DNA of 64,000 nucleotides from Candidatus Omnitrophota bacterium (GCA_026387175.1 JAPLME010000003.1:41178-105177), one strand, 5' to 3'. Positions 41,686 to 51,755 are shown, counted from the stretch's first letter. Notes: generated from the letters alone by a model not told the origin. Numbers and translations: made by a program.

Positions 41686-44592
41686 TTATGCGGCCTGCGC
41701 GAACTTCCGTGCCGCTTCGTGCAGGAGTTCAAGTCTCTCGCGTTCCACTATACCAGAGACTTTGCCAAGGGCGCCTATTATCTTCTTCACTATATCCGTT
41801 ATATCGAAAGTGGTAACGTCTCGCAAATCCGTATCAGGATCTCCGTTAACTTTAAAATAATAGCATCTTGCCGAATTAACCTTTGCCCTTATATCGATGA
41901 TTGTGTCGGCATAGATTATTCTCTCATTCTCAGGCCTACCCTGATTTAACTCATCTATCAATGCCCTTTGCCTATCATTGGTAGCTATTACCGCTACTTT
42001 CATGCCGGATTTAGCTAGTTTAGGCAGAAATACCCCTAAACCATTATCAAAGGTAACCTTTTCTGAAAAGATGAAGGTTGATTTGCCCGGGTTAAGGATG
42101 TTCTCTATTGATAAAGACTCTGCCAGCCCTCTGGTAAAGTCAGTGGCTCTTGGCTCACTTCTATACCACTCTTGCGGAAGCGCTAACTGGGCTTCTTTCT
42201 CCGCAGGCGGAGTTCTACATATCACATCTTGCTTTATAAATTCGGAAATATCGACTTTTTCAAATACCCCATCATCAATTTTGTTAAATTTGCCTGTTTC
42301 GACAAAATCCTTTCTTAATATCTCATCAACTCTTATCCTTTGTGCCGGATGCGCTTTATAGGCGGAATTATCTGTATAAAATCTTCCTCCGGGGGTTAAG
42401 GAAGCCCAGACATTTTCAATGCTTTGCCTAATATCACCTCTTTTGGCTACGCTCTGTCCTAGCGCCGCGTTGATTACCACGATATCCAGTCCTTTGCTAA
42501 AAGAACCCGGCTCTCTCATATCACCCTGTCTTAATGTAATCAGTTTTCTATATTCGTCTTTTAAGGCAACAACGTCCTTAGTTTTATAGATAAAATATTT
42601 ATTTATGGCTCCTCTTAAGTATTTTGGAATTCTTTTTACATAAACCCAATTTAGTTCCTGCGGATTGGGTTCAATAAAATCTGTCCCGACTATTTCAAAA
42701 ACACGATTAGGGTAAAAATGCTTAAGCATAATGGCTATAGCGTAGGCATCTTCTCCTTGCCAGACGGCATGGACAAGGATCTTCACGGATTTATATTTTG
42801 GTAAAGTATCCACATATTCCTTTATGCTCTTTAATTGATCTTTATATCTAAACCATATGCTCCAAAGCGGCAGGATACCAAATTCCTTGAGGGAAGGAAC
42901 CACAATTGAGTCATACAATTCTGGCAGATCCTCTCCGAGCCTAAGATACCTAAGATAATCATCAGGAGATTTGCCTTGAGCCAACTTTTTTAAACTAGCA
43001 ATATTAAGAGGTTTGGGAGCAACTGACTCCACTATGTTGCCATCAATAGGTATAACGCGCGGTAGCGGCCATCCAAGCTCTGCAAGTAGAGCTCTAAAAT
43101 GATCAAGCACTTCGGCTTCATCTTCCCAGTTCAATTGCTCAATCGGCCTTATTTTATTCTCCCGCTGCTCCCTCGGAGGTACTGACTGGGCTTCTTTCTC
43201 TGGAGCTTTCAGCACTGGTAATACTTTAAGAAGCATTATGCGCTGTACTGTATCGTCATGATGAACAAAATCCAGAGCTAGATCTTGATCAAAACCTTGC
43301 CTACGGTAAAAGTTAAATACTGATGCACCTGTTAAGCATTTCCCGAATACTGAAACTACAGGCGCGCCGCATTTTCGAAGATAAGGCTCTATGTGATTTT
43401 GGTACCATGCCGGCGCCAAACCTTTCCGTCTTAAGCGGTCCATAAATATAAAATTTCGTATCTCTACCCGCTTTTTAAGATTATGATACACCCTGGTTTC
43501 AACCGTTCCCTGCCATGGCCGCGATGTCTTTGTAACAGTATAATACATGTCATCTGTAGCCAATACGTTAGTTTTGGGCAATAAATCTCCTGAGAGGCCT
43601 TCTATTTCAAGCTCATTAGATGGAATAACCATAGTCAATGCGGCAAGCACTTCGCTTCCGTTAAAAAGCCTTAATTGTATCGTTTCGGCGGTCATCTCTT
43701 TTACTTCAACTTTTAAATCAATAGGTACAGATTGTCTGGCTAATTCAGCTTTGATCCGGTCTATCGGAAACAATGATTCCGGCTTAACGCTTGGATCAAA
43801 GGAAATTTCTTTTGAGATCCGTGCCACATTACCCTGCTTCTTCGACATCGCATAATCCCTATTAATAACATCGGGATGTACGGCAAATGTAAGGTTTGCG
43901 AATTCAAGACGTAGGGAGTTGTTCTCAATGCGTCCACCCTGCCCTACTTCGCGCTCTATTCGGAGATTATCGTTTTCAAACCTTTTCCGCGTTGATATTA
44001 TAAAAGCGCTTATTTCTTCCGATGTAGTCGGATTCTTATCTTTGAATTCCTCGTCAAACAGCTCCTTCGCTTTAGTCGACCTTGCCCTTATCTCATGGAA
44101 TAGCCTCGCTATTATCTTCCTTCTTCCCTCTTTTGAATCTTTCTCATTATCTAGAGCGAATACCGTAACATAGGTACCGGAGTGCCCCCATACCTTCTTT
44201 CCAGAGAATATAGGCAGTTCATCCTCACTCTTCACGAATATAACCTGAATCCTACATTCTGAGGAAGAGAGAGTCACCTTTAGGCGATTAAGCATATTAT
44301 CCGCTCCACAGGCAGTGATACATGCTTTAAAATCTTCTTCAAGATATGGAATGGATGATAAGCTCTTGGTTAGATTGGCATGGTCTTTTATGAATTCATC
44401 AATAGGATCTTGATGCGCGATAAGGCGCTCCTCCATCATATTGCGCATCTTTTGGTAAACTATTGGATTGCCAACTAGAGGGGCAAGCGTATCCGGGTTA
44501 GCTATAATGACGGTATCGGTGCAAAATAGGCAGATTAGAGCTATAGATATGGCTCTAGATATTATGCTATATTTGAAATTATGTGTAAACAT
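41686..44592 (-). CDS. Large (968 aa) N-terminally anchored multidomain protein with a central CheR-like SAM-methyltransferase domain; function unknown
   Basis: N-terminal hydrophobic segment. The central region VKILVHAVWQGEDAYAIAIML...EIVGTDF...DIVVINAALGQ...LTPGGRFY matches CheR-type methyltransferase motifs. The flanking N- and C-domains have no recognised homology. Lower GC than surrounding genes. Confidence 0.65.
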   Translation of the reverse strand: MFTHNFKYSIISRAISIALICLFCTDTVIIANPDTLAPLVGNPIVYQKMRNMMEERLIAHQDPIDEFIKDHANLTKSLSSIPYLEEDFKACITACGADNMLNRLKVTLSSSECRIQVIFVKSEDELPIFSGKKVWGHSGTYVTVFALDNEKDSKEGRRKIIARLFHEIRARSTKAKELFDEEFKDKNPTTSEEISAFIISTRKRFENDNLRIEREVGQGGRIENNSLRLEFANLTFAVHPDVINRDYAMSKKQGNVARISKEISFDPSVKPESLFPIDRIKAELARQSVPIDLKVEVKEMTAETIQLRLFNGSEVLAALTMVIPSNELEIEGLSGDLLPKTNVLATDDMYYTVTKTSRPWQGTVETRVYHNLKKRVEIRNFIFMDRLRRKGLAPAWYQNHIEPYLRKCGAPVVSVFGKCLTGASVFNFYRRQGFDQDLALDFVHHDDTVQRIMLLKVLPVLKAPEKEAQSVPPREQRENKIRPIEQLNWEDEAEVLDHFRALLAELGWPLPRVIPIDGNIVESVAPKPLNIASLKKLAQGKSPDDYLRYLRLGEDLPELYDSIVVPSLKEFGILPLWSIWFRYKDQLKSIKEYVDTLPKYKSVKILVHAVWQGEDAYAIAIMLKHFYPNRVFEIVGTDFIEPNPQELNWVYVKRIPKYLRGAINKYFIYKTKDVVALKDEYRKLITLRQGDMREPGSFSKGLDIVVINAALGQSVAKRGDIRQSIENVWASLTPGGRFYTDNSAYKAHPAQRIRVDEILRKDFVETGKFNKIDDGVFEKVDISEFIKQDVICRTPPAEKEAQLALPQEWYRSEPRATDFTRGLAESLSIENILNPGKSTFIFSEKVTFDNGLGVFLPKLAKSGMKVAVIATNDRQRALIDELNQGRPENERIIYADTIIDIRAKVNSARCYYFKVNGDPDTDLRDVTTFDITDIVKKIIGALGKVSGIVERERLELLHEAARKFAQAA

Positions 44593-44601
44593 ATAACATA
44601 C

Positions 44602-44629
44602 ATTATACCATATGAATCTGTTAAGGCAA
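44602..44629 (-). promoter_or_regulatory. Sigma-70-like promoter TTGCCT-N16-TGgTATAAT only ~10 nt upstream of the 968-aa ORF's ATG (leaderless-like)
   Basis: Minus-strand -10 at 44607-44602 and -35 at 44629-44624. There is no SD between the -10 and the ATG at 44592. Confidence 0.35.
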
Positions 44630-44694
44630 TAGAAAGATATCTACCTTTTTTCGCTTTAACTTTTTTGATCTGTGTATGGAAATTTGAGGAACTT

Positions 44695-45801
44695 CTATTT
44701 GCGGTCTTTTATCAGGAAATCGCTTAAGGCAGGATTTTCAAGCAAGCTTCCGTAGTGAAAAACTACGAAACCACCGGCGCCTGATTTCTGGCAGATCCGG
44801 AACTCTTGCTTGAATGTATCGGGCCAGAGCACTAACTTATAGGCTCCGAGTCCGATATTAACTTTCTTAAAATCTGCGGTCTTCAATTTAGCTTTCACGA
44901 TCCATTGCTCAAATTCATCCGGATGCGGTGAATAATTCATCACCGTAACATAATCCACAAGCCCGCGATCGATCCAGGACGGCCAGTTTTGAAAGGCTTC
45001 AAGATAGGCGCGTGAATACGGCATGCAGCCTGTAGCGGATATTTTAATACTTGGCCGCGCCTTACGCGCTCTATCTACAAGCAATCGGAGAACCTCTGTC
45101 ACTTGATCGCGTTTCCAGTCTTTCCAAACCTTGCTCGACTCATCGATCGTTTTATTACCGGTCGCTTTTTTAAAACGCTCAATGTTCATCGGTGTATAAC
45201 CATATACCGGATCTTTATCCGGATAGCGGATGTAATCGAACAGAACGCCGTCTAAGCCGGGATAGGCGCTAAGCACTTCGCCGAGCACACCCAAGAGCTC
45301 CTCCCTGACCCGCAGGTCTCCCGGTTCCAGAAAAAACTGATTATCTATCTTATAATCTCTAAGAGCTCTCTTCTTTTTCAGATTTCTCGTAAGGATATCA
45401 GGGCCGTATTTTTTAAGAAACACAGCGTCTTTATTAGCGCCCAGGCTCAGCATGTTCATCCAGGCGTACACTTCTATCCCGTTTGCGTGAGCTTCCTTAA
45501 TAAGAAGAGCCAGCGGATCTTCTGAAAGGTTCTTTAGACATTCCTGATACGGTGAGGAATCCGCGATTTTGGAGGGAAACCACGCTTTATTGGCATAGTA
45601 GATCTGCACAGAAAGGGTTTTGATCCGGGCGCTTCTGGCGAAGACGATGAGTTTGCCGATATCCCGGCGGCTGGAAAGGACAGGAGGATCCTGTATAACC
45701 GAAACAAAAAGGCCGCGGCGAAAATCATCTTCACATTCAGCTAAGGAAGAAAAGGTAAAGAGCGCGCATAAAATACAGAATACGATTCTTTTTTTCAACA
45801 T
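44695..45801 (-). CDS. Glycoside-hydrolase-like GHL10 (DUF187) family secreted protein
   Basis: Signal peptide; LFDYIRYPD motif typical of PF02638. Confidence 0.7.
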   Translation of the reverse strand: MLKKRIVFCILCALFTFSSLAECEDDFRRGLFVSVIQDPPVLSSRRDIGKLIVFARSARIKTLSVQIYYANKAWFPSKIADSSPYQECLKNLSEDPLALLIKEAHANGIEVYAWMNMLSLGANKDAVFLKKYGPDILTRNLKKKRALRDYKIDNQFFLEPGDLRVREELLGVLGEVLSAYPGLDGVLFDYIRYPDKDPVYGYTPMNIERFKKATGNKTIDESSKVWKDWKRDQVTEVLRLLVDRARKARPSIKISATGCMPYSRAYLEAFQNWPSWIDRGLVDYVTVMNYSPHPDEFEQWIVKAKLKTADFKKVNIGLGAYKLVLWPDTFKQEFRICQKSGAGGFVVFHYGSLLENPALSDFLIKDRK

Positions 45802-45956
45802 CAGATAAGAGGTGTACCCTCATTAGAAACCGGCGCCGAAGGTTCTTCGTCCTGCGCTTTTTTCTTATTCAGTTTACGCAGCATCTTCTCTTCTTTCTTC
45901 TTCTTCTTCGCTAATTCTCTCTGATATTTTTGATATGAGTAATTATCTCTTGCCAA
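45801..45956 (-). CDS. Possible small Lys-rich protein (51 aa, TTG start), translationally coupled to the GHL10 gene
   Basis: GGAGGAG SD 5 nt before TTG; its TGA stop overlaps the GHL10 ATG. Absent from the ATG-based ORF track. Confidence 0.25.
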   Translation of the reverse strand: MARDNYSYQKYQRELAKKKKKEEKMLRKLNKKKAQDEEPSAPVSNEGTPLI

Positions 45957-46071
45957 TGTCTCCTCCTTCTATCTGGAGCTTTTTGCACCGAAAAAAATGC
46001 CCTCTCCTACAGAAGAGGGCATTTGAATAACAGTCCTACAGGAACTAGAGAGTATTACAAGTCTCTCTTTC

Positions 46072-46233
46072 TTAACGGCCTGCGTCCTTGCGCTTAGAAA
46101 AACAATCCTTGCAATAGACAGGACGGTCTTCTCTGGGCTTAAACGGTACTTCGCATTCTTTCTTACACTCGGCGCACGTCGCCTTGTGCATCTCTCTCGG
46201 CGCTCCGCCGAACCCGCCACCTTGATATGCCAT
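46072..46233 (-). CDS. Small CxxC-x17-CxxC zinc-ribbon protein (53 aa)
   Basis: TCAECKKECEVPFKPREDRPVYCKDCF. Strong SD AAAGGGAGG before the ATG at 46233. The track ORF extends to 46281 but lacks an SD there. Confidence 0.5.
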   Translation of the reverse strand: MAYQGGGFGGAPREMHKATCAECKKECEVPFKPREDRPVYCKDCFSKRKDAGR

Positions 46234-46352
46234 GTTACCTCCCTTTTTAGCACCGATAAAAGCCCTACACTTACAGCCCATAGGGCCTTTATACGGAAAT
46301 AGTGTATCACAATCTCTGTAAAAAAGTAAATAATTATATTATATTTTACATG

Positions 46353-46361
46353 TGCTATAAT
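46353..46361 (+). promoter_or_regulatory. Extended -10 element TGcTATAAT for the plus-strand hydrolase and acyl-CoA ligase genes
   Basis: About 45 nt upstream of the ATG at 46407, in an AT-rich intergenic region. Confidence 0.35.
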
Positions 46362-46406
46362 ATTGTAAAGTTTATTATGCGGTTTTAACAAATAACCGGA
46401 GACACT

Positions 46407-47216
46407 ATGAAACGATGCGAAAAGAGGGATATTCTTTACAGGCAGTGGGGATCTACCTCTCCGAGGGCCGTGGTATTAATGGTGCATGGCCTGGGCGGCC
46501 ACAGCAATAACTGGGAGTTCGTAGCGAAGTTTCTTATCGAACACGGCATCGCATCTTATTCGATTGAGCTCAAAGGTTTCGGCAATACAGAAGGAGTGAA
46601 AGGGCATATAGATTCTTTGAATACATATATTAAGGATGTCCGCCGCCTTTACAGTATAATAAAGAGAGAGCATAGAAGGCTCCCCGTCTTTATCGCAGGC
46701 GAAAGCATGGGCGGCCTTATAGGGTTTCTCACGGTTATTAAAAAACCGAGGCTCTTCAGGGGGCTCGTATGCATGTCACCCGGGTTTGCCAGCAGCCTGA
46801 AGTTCTCCCTGGTCGAATACATCAAAATGATCTCGGCACGTTTCTATAACTCGAAGAAACAATTTCTGATGCCCTTTACCAATGAAATGTGCACCCGTGA
46901 CCCGGAATGCAAAAAGATCATGGATAACGACAAGCTCGAACATAAGTTTGCTACGCCCCGCCTTCTTCATAGCATACTCATGGGGCAACTCTCCAGCAGG
47001 CTCTTCAAGCACAAGGTGAGGACCGACACCCTGTTCCTGCTTGCCGGCGCCGACACATTTGTAAGCTCTGACGCGAGCAAAGAGATATTCAAAGGGATAA
47101 GATTCGAACATAAAGAGATGATCGAATACCCGGAGATGCGCCATAGCCTTACGATGGAACTCGGAAGAGAAAAAGTTTTTGTCGATCTTCTCCGATGGCT
47201 GAACAAGCGGATATAG
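46407..47216 (+). CDS. Alpha/beta hydrolase (lysophospholipase / monoacylglycerol lipase-like)
   Basis: HGLGGHS oxyanion region; GESMGG nucleophile elbow; paralogue of 56612-57370. Confidence 0.85.
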   Translation: MKRCEKRDILYRQWGSTSPRAVVLMVHGLGGHSNNWEFVAKFLIEHGIASYSIELKGFGNTEGVKGHIDSLNTYIKDVRRLYSIIKREHRRLPVFIAGESMGGLIGFLTVIKKPRLFRGLVCMSPGFASSLKFSLVEYIKMISARFYNSKKQFLMPFTNEMCTRDPECKKIMDNDKLEHKFATPRLLHSILMGQLSSRLFKHKVRTDTLFLLAGADTFVSSDASKEIFKGIRFEHKEMIEYPEMRHSLTMELGREKVFVDLLRWLNKRI

Positions 47217-47240
47217 GCTATCGCTATCGAGGTCTAGCAT

Positions 47241-48968
47241 ATGATCAATTCAATGGTAAAGACCCTTCTCAAGAATATCACCATAAAAGACATCTTAGAG
47301 ACGATCAATAAGAGGTACGGCAATAAAACGGCCCTCCGGATAAAAAATGAAGATGGTTCTTTCAGGGAGATCTCTTACACAAAACTGGGGCGGCGTGTCG
47401 TCAGCATCTCTTCCGTCCTTATCAACCTGGGCATAAAGAAAGGTGACAGGATAGCGATATTCTCCGAGAACAGGCCCGAATGGGCGGCCGCATACTTTGG
47501 AATTATAGGCTGCGGCGGCATCATCCTCCCATTGGACGTGAAATTGACCGACCCGGAAGTCCGGTTCATCCTGAATGATAGCCAGGCAAAATGCATATTC
47601 GTAAGCGGCAAATATATTGAAACGATAGACCGTTTAAGAGAATCCCTGACGCATCTTAAGAATATAATACTTTTCGACAAGAGCCCGCGTACCGACATAA
47701 TACAGCTAAATAAATTGAGGCCTCACAGGGGAAAAGAACGAGATAGGCCGATATATCCCGAAGACACCGCGATCATAGTCTATACATCCGGCACTATGGG
47801 CCTTGCCAAAGGCGTTGAGTTAAGTTACAAGAATCTGCTCTTCCAGGTGCTCGAGTTCAGCGAGATCATACGCGCGACCCCTAAAGAAAAGCTCCTTTCC
47901 GTCCTGCCGCTAAATCATATGCTGGAGATAACCGGCGGCCTTATAGCGCCGTTATACGCGGGTTCATGCGTCACCTATTGCGACACTCTGAAGACCGGTA
48001 CGCTCTTGCCATTAATGAGGGAAACAGGAACCACGGCGATCATCTCTGTTCCCCTCGTTCTTAAGTTGATCCATTCGGGGATAATGAAGAAAGTCGCAAA
48101 ATTATCTCCTTTCAGGCAAAAAGTCTTTAAAACACTGTTGTCCACATCGGCTTTTTTACTCAAATTCAAAATAAGGGCAGGAAGGCTATTCTTCCGCTCA
48201 TTGCATAAAGAGTTCGGAGGCAGATTGCATACTTTCATCAGTGGAGGCGCGCCTCTCGACACGGATATCGAAATCGATATGAATGCTCTCGGCTTCAGGA
48301 TCCTGCAGGGATATGGCCTTACTGAAACGGCGCCTGTCATATCTGTCAATACCTTTAAGGATAATCGATTTGGCTCTGTCGGTAAACCGTTGCCCGGCGT
48401 AGAGGTTATGATACTGAAAGAGAAAAATACCGATACCGAGGGAGAGATCCTGACCCGCGGGCCCCATGTAATGAAAGGTTATTTCAGAAATCCTGAAAAG
48501 ACCGCGGAGACGATCAGGCGCGGGTGGTTTCATACCGGAGACTTGGGCTACCTGGACAAAGACGGGTTTTTGTACATATCAGGCAGGATAAAGAACATGA
48601 TAATATTGGGCGGCGGTAAAAAGGTATTCCCGGAAGAAGTCGAGAGCGTTATGGGCCATAGCCCATATATAAAAGAGATATGCGTATCGGCCAGAACGGC
48701 CGGCCGCGGCCTTCGCAAAGGGCATGAAGAAGTTTACGCTATTATAGTACCTAACCTTGAACTTTTCGGGCAGGAAAATATGGTTTCGAAAGAAGAGATA
48801 ACCGGTAAGATATCATCTGAGATCGCCCGTTTAAGTAAAAATTTGGCAGCATATAAAAGGATAATGAGTTTCGATGTATCTTATGAGGAACTGCCCAAAA
48901 CTGTTACGAAGAAAATAAGGAGAGATCTTATTCTTGTTTCGCCCCTCTTAAGATCGGATATTTCTTAA
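47241..48968 (+). CDS. AMP-dependent synthetase/ligase (long-chain acyl-CoA synthetase-like)
   Basis: YTSGTMGLAKGV AMP-binding motif; TGDLGYLD...GRIKNMI; 575 aa. Confidence 0.85.
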   Translation: MINSMVKTLLKNITIKDILETINKRYGNKTALRIKNEDGSFREISYTKLGRRVVSISSVLINLGIKKGDRIAIFSENRPEWAAAYFGIIGCGGIILPLDVKLTDPEVRFILNDSQAKCIFVSGKYIETIDRLRESLTHLKNIILFDKSPRTDIIQLNKLRPHRGKERDRPIYPEDTAIIVYTSGTMGLAKGVELSYKNLLFQVLEFSEIIRATPKEKLLSVLPLNHMLEITGGLIAPLYAGSCVTYCDTLKTGTLLPLMRETGTTAIISVPLVLKLIHSGIMKKVAKLSPFRQKVFKTLLSTSAFLLKFKIRAGRLFFRSLHKEFGGRLHTFISGGAPLDTDIEIDMNALGFRILQGYGLTETAPVISVNTFKDNRFGSVGKPLPGVEVMILKEKNTDTEGEILTRGPHVMKGYFRNPEKTAETIRRGWFHTGDLGYLDKDGFLYISGRIKNMIILGGGKKVFPEEVESVMGHSPYIKEICVSARTAGRGLRKGHEEVYAIIVPNLELFGQENMVSKEEITGKISSEIARLSKNLAAYKRIMSFDVSYEELPKTVTKKIRRDLILVSPLLRSDIS

Positions 48969-49422
48969 GAGTCTCAAAATTACCGAATAATGATTCCAAT
49001 ATCGCGCTCCACACGATCTGATGTCTCCTGTCAAAATAGATGGAATCGATAACAGTCCTGTCATTCACCGTGACAACCTGGATGCCCGTGTAAAACATGT
49101 CATATTCCTTACTGGGCCCGGGACATTTTTCAGACCAGCGGACCTGACCCTCCATCTTAACCGGATTCTTCATTATCGGATCATAGACCTCAAGCATAAG
49201 AAGATCGTCTCTTATCAGATGCTTTTTAGAAACGACGAGCAGGCCTTCAACACTGACATTGTTGCACAGTCCGAAATATTTAGACGGCACATTGCTATCA
49301 TGATGGCTCTCAATAACATGAAATTCGACTCTAATATTGATATCGTATCTGACTTTAAAATAGACCTCCATCTCAGTATCATACCTGGGATATTTTCTTC
49401 TATTAATATCAATATTTTCCAT
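48928..49422 (-). CDS. PilZ-domain (c-di-GMP-binding) protein
   Basis: RRKYPR (RxxxR) and NVSVEG ((D/N)xSxxG) motifs. Confidence 0.7.
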   Translation of the reverse strand: MENIDINRRKYPRYDTEMEVYFKVRYDINIRVEFHVIESHHDSNVPSKYFGLCNNVSVEGLLVVSKKHLIRDDLLMLEVYDPIMKNPVKMEGQVRWSEKCPGPSKEYDMFYTGIQVVTVNDRTVIDSIYFDRRHQIVWSAILESLFGNFETLKKYPILRGAKQE

Positions 49423-49523
49423 GATGCCCCCTCTTATACTGTATATAATTATAGCATATTTACCCTAATGTATGAATAATTTAAACCATATGCCATAATT
49501 TAACATGATTTTTTCTCCGCTAT

Positions 49524-50054
49524 TTGAATTTTAAAGAAAGTATGATATACTTTCCTGCAATGGTACATTATAAGCGTTTTCTATTCTGTCTGGCCATCAT
49601 GGGACTGCTATCTCTTTCATATGTAAGCCACGCCTTCTGCCAGGAACACATACGAAAGCTTGATGCTGTCAGAGCTTCGATGGCTAAAATGGGAAGCGCG
49701 CTTCCGGAACTTACCCGAAAAGCTCAACCTCGCGATATCAGAACTATGGAGAGGGTGTTCGAAATAAATAACTACTCCCTCGTCACCATAGAATCATACT
49801 TTAAGATGATAAAGATAGCGCTCTCATCCGGCACGGGGCTGAACAAAGATGTCTTAAGCATACTGAGCGGATGGCTGAAATTCGTATCGAACTACTGCGA
49901 ATATGATATCAAATATATAGATGAGGCGCTCGCTCAAACAAATGACGCCGCGATCATCGAAATACTGAAATCCGAGAAAAACAACATTTCATCCCTGCGG
50001 GATGCTTCACAGTCCGGCATAAATGAGAATACCGCAACATCCAATAAGCTATAG
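49524..50054 (+). CDS. Hypothetical secreted helical protein
   Basis: Signal-peptide-like N-terminus; no recognised homology; start codon uncertain. Confidence 0.45.
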   Translation: MNFKESMIYFPAMVHYKRFLFCLAIMGLLSLSYVSHAFCQEHIRKLDAVRASMAKMGSALPELTRKAQPRDIRTMERVFEINNYSLVTIESYFKMIKIALSSGTGLNKDVLSILSGWLKFVSNYCEYDIKYIDEALAQTNDAAIIEILKSEKNNISSLRDASQSGINENTATSNKL

Positions 50055-50060
50055 ACCGGC

Positions 50061-50459
50061 CTAATTGCGAGTTTTATCCCTATCCTGAGAAAAACGGTCT
50101 CTTCCACTTTCAGGGGAAAGAGTGCCGTTCATGCCAACAAGCGCCACATTGATCTTCTCTGTCGGGGGCATGATCCGCGCCAAGTCAATGTTCTCAACTT
50201 TCAAACAACTCGTCTTTTCCTTTTCTACCGTATTGACCTTATTGATATTTTCCTGCAACCCATTTTCCGTATCGCGGGTATCTTCCCTGATCGATTCCAG
50301 CAGCATCTGTTTTTGCTCCAAGTCCGCTGTATACTGACAGGAGTAGGATGTCGCAGTCTCGGCAAGGGTTCCGAACACAAAAAAGTCCATCACTAATGTG
50401 AGCACTATGGCCATTCTTGCAAAACGAGTTAATGTCGACATCTTTACCACCGCCTTCAA
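50061..50459 (-). CDS. Hypothetical signal-anchored small protein
   Basis: ORF with an N-terminal hydrophobic segment. Confidence 0.4.
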   Translation of the reverse strand: MKAVVKMSTLTRFARMAIVLTLVMDFFVFGTLAETATSYSCQYTADLEQKQMLLESIREDTRDTENGLQENINKVNTVEKEKTSCLKVENIDLARIMPPTEKINVALVGMNGTLSPESGRDRFSQDRDKTRN

Positions 50460-50630
50460 TTACTTTATACACTTTATAAAAATTTTTATCATGAAATCAA
50501 AAAAAATCCCCTCACCATTTATAGTATATCATTATAGCTCAGGTTTTTCAAGTCTAACAACCTTACTTTTTTATATTCTAACTTTATTAGATTATTGTGA
50601 AAAATTAGCTTAAAGAAGTATCTCAATAAG

Positions 50631-50662
50631 GTCGTAGGACAGGTTTAAACCTGTCCTACGAC
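50631..50662. repeat. 32-bp perfect palindrome GTCGTAGGACAGGTTTAAACCTGTCCTACGAC downstream of the CpxP-like gene
   Basis: Exact symmetry. Shares the GTTTAAAC core and the GTAG...CTAC arms with the palindrome at 7388-7419. Confidence 0.8.
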
Positions 50663-50702
50663 ATGAGTTATTCTCCAGACTAAACCGTACGCTTTAAGGA
50701 TA

Positions 50703-51197
50703 CTAAATCGTGCAGGCTGGATCGCTCTTATCACCGTGCTTCTCATGCTTATTCTGTTTATGCTCCTTCATGGAAGCCTTCATCTTATTAAACTGCTCAG
50801 GGGTCAGGATCTGTTTCATAGCCATGACCTTATCCACCCTGTTCTGTATCTGCTGGCCGACCATATTCTTGATCTCGGCTACCAGGCCATCCACTTTAGC
50901 CTTATCAGGCGCCGGCTTCTCAAGTTCTGTCTTCAGGCCCGTACGAGCCGCCTGGATCTTTTCCCTGAGATCCTTTGACCTTGAGCCAAATTCTTCCTTT
51001 TCTTTGGCAAGCTGCTCTTTCTGCTGAGGCGTAAGCTGGAGCTCCTCAGACATTTTATTGAAATGGGCCTCCTTCTTCGCCGTATTCTGCGCGGCATTCC
51101 CGGCTTCCTCGGCATATACACCGGATTGCAAAAGAACCACTGCCGCGATCACTGCCACTGCCAAACTTCCACAGATCTTTCTACTCATGTTAATCAC
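50703..51197 (-). CDS. Periplasmic Spy/CpxP/ZraP-family protein (LTxxQ motifs)
   Basis: Signal peptide; LQLTPQQKEQL and ILTPEQFNKM motifs. Confidence 0.7.
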   Translation of the reverse strand: MINMSRKICGSLAVAVIAAVVLLQSGVYAEEAGNAAQNTAKKEAHFNKMSEELQLTPQQKEQLAKEKEEFGSRSKDLREKIQAARTGLKTELEKPAPDKAKVDGLVAEIKNMVGQQIQNRVDKVMAMKQILTPEQFNKMKASMKEHKQNKHEKHGDKSDPACTI

Positions 51198-51242
51198 CCC
51201 CCTTTATTATTTTAGACAACTGCATATACAGGAAAGTTCCTG

Positions 51243-51755
51243 TTATAGGATATTTTCCATACCTGTAGCGATATCTGTATCGAACATACTGGTTCCGTTG
51301 GCCTGGCCGGCATCAAGTCTCGCCAGAAAAGAGGCTTGCTCATTCAAATACTCGTCCAGAGCACGGCTCTGGGACCCAGAAACGGCCGCCAATATGGCGA
51401 TAAGGATCATAGCGCCTGCGGCGAACGCCGCAATCGGCTTTGGTATCCTTAATATGGATGAGAATATCTGTCGTATAACCTCCACCACATTTGCGAATAT
51501 TCCCGCCCTGGCGCCGGCTTCCGATAATGCGATCTTTTCCTTTATGCCTTCCCATATATACGCCGGAGGTTTTTCTTTTCCTGCAAGAGCAAAAGGCCTG
51601 GCGGCATCTTCACGCGCAAGTTTCTCGAAATTGCCGCACTCCGTGCATACTCGCAGATGCTCCCTCATCTCACGCTGGCCCTTGGCGTTCAATTCCCCGT
51701 CCATATGATCGGTCAGCATCAATTCCCGTGCTCTTTCGCATTTCATGGCCGTCAC
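51243..51755 (-). CDS. Anti-sigma factor (zf-HC2 type), membrane-spanning
   Basis: N-terminal CERARELMLTDHMDGEL...HLRVCTEC zinc finger, then a TM segment; stop overlaps the sigma gene. Confidence 0.7.
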   Translation of the reverse strand: MTAMKCERARELMLTDHMDGELNAKGQREMREHLRVCTECGNFEKLAREDAARPFALAGKEKPPAYIWEGIKEKIALSEAGARAGIFANVVEVIRQIFSSILRIPKPIAAFAAGAMILIAILAAVSGSQSRALDEYLNEQASFLARLDAGQANGTSMFDTDIATGMENIL

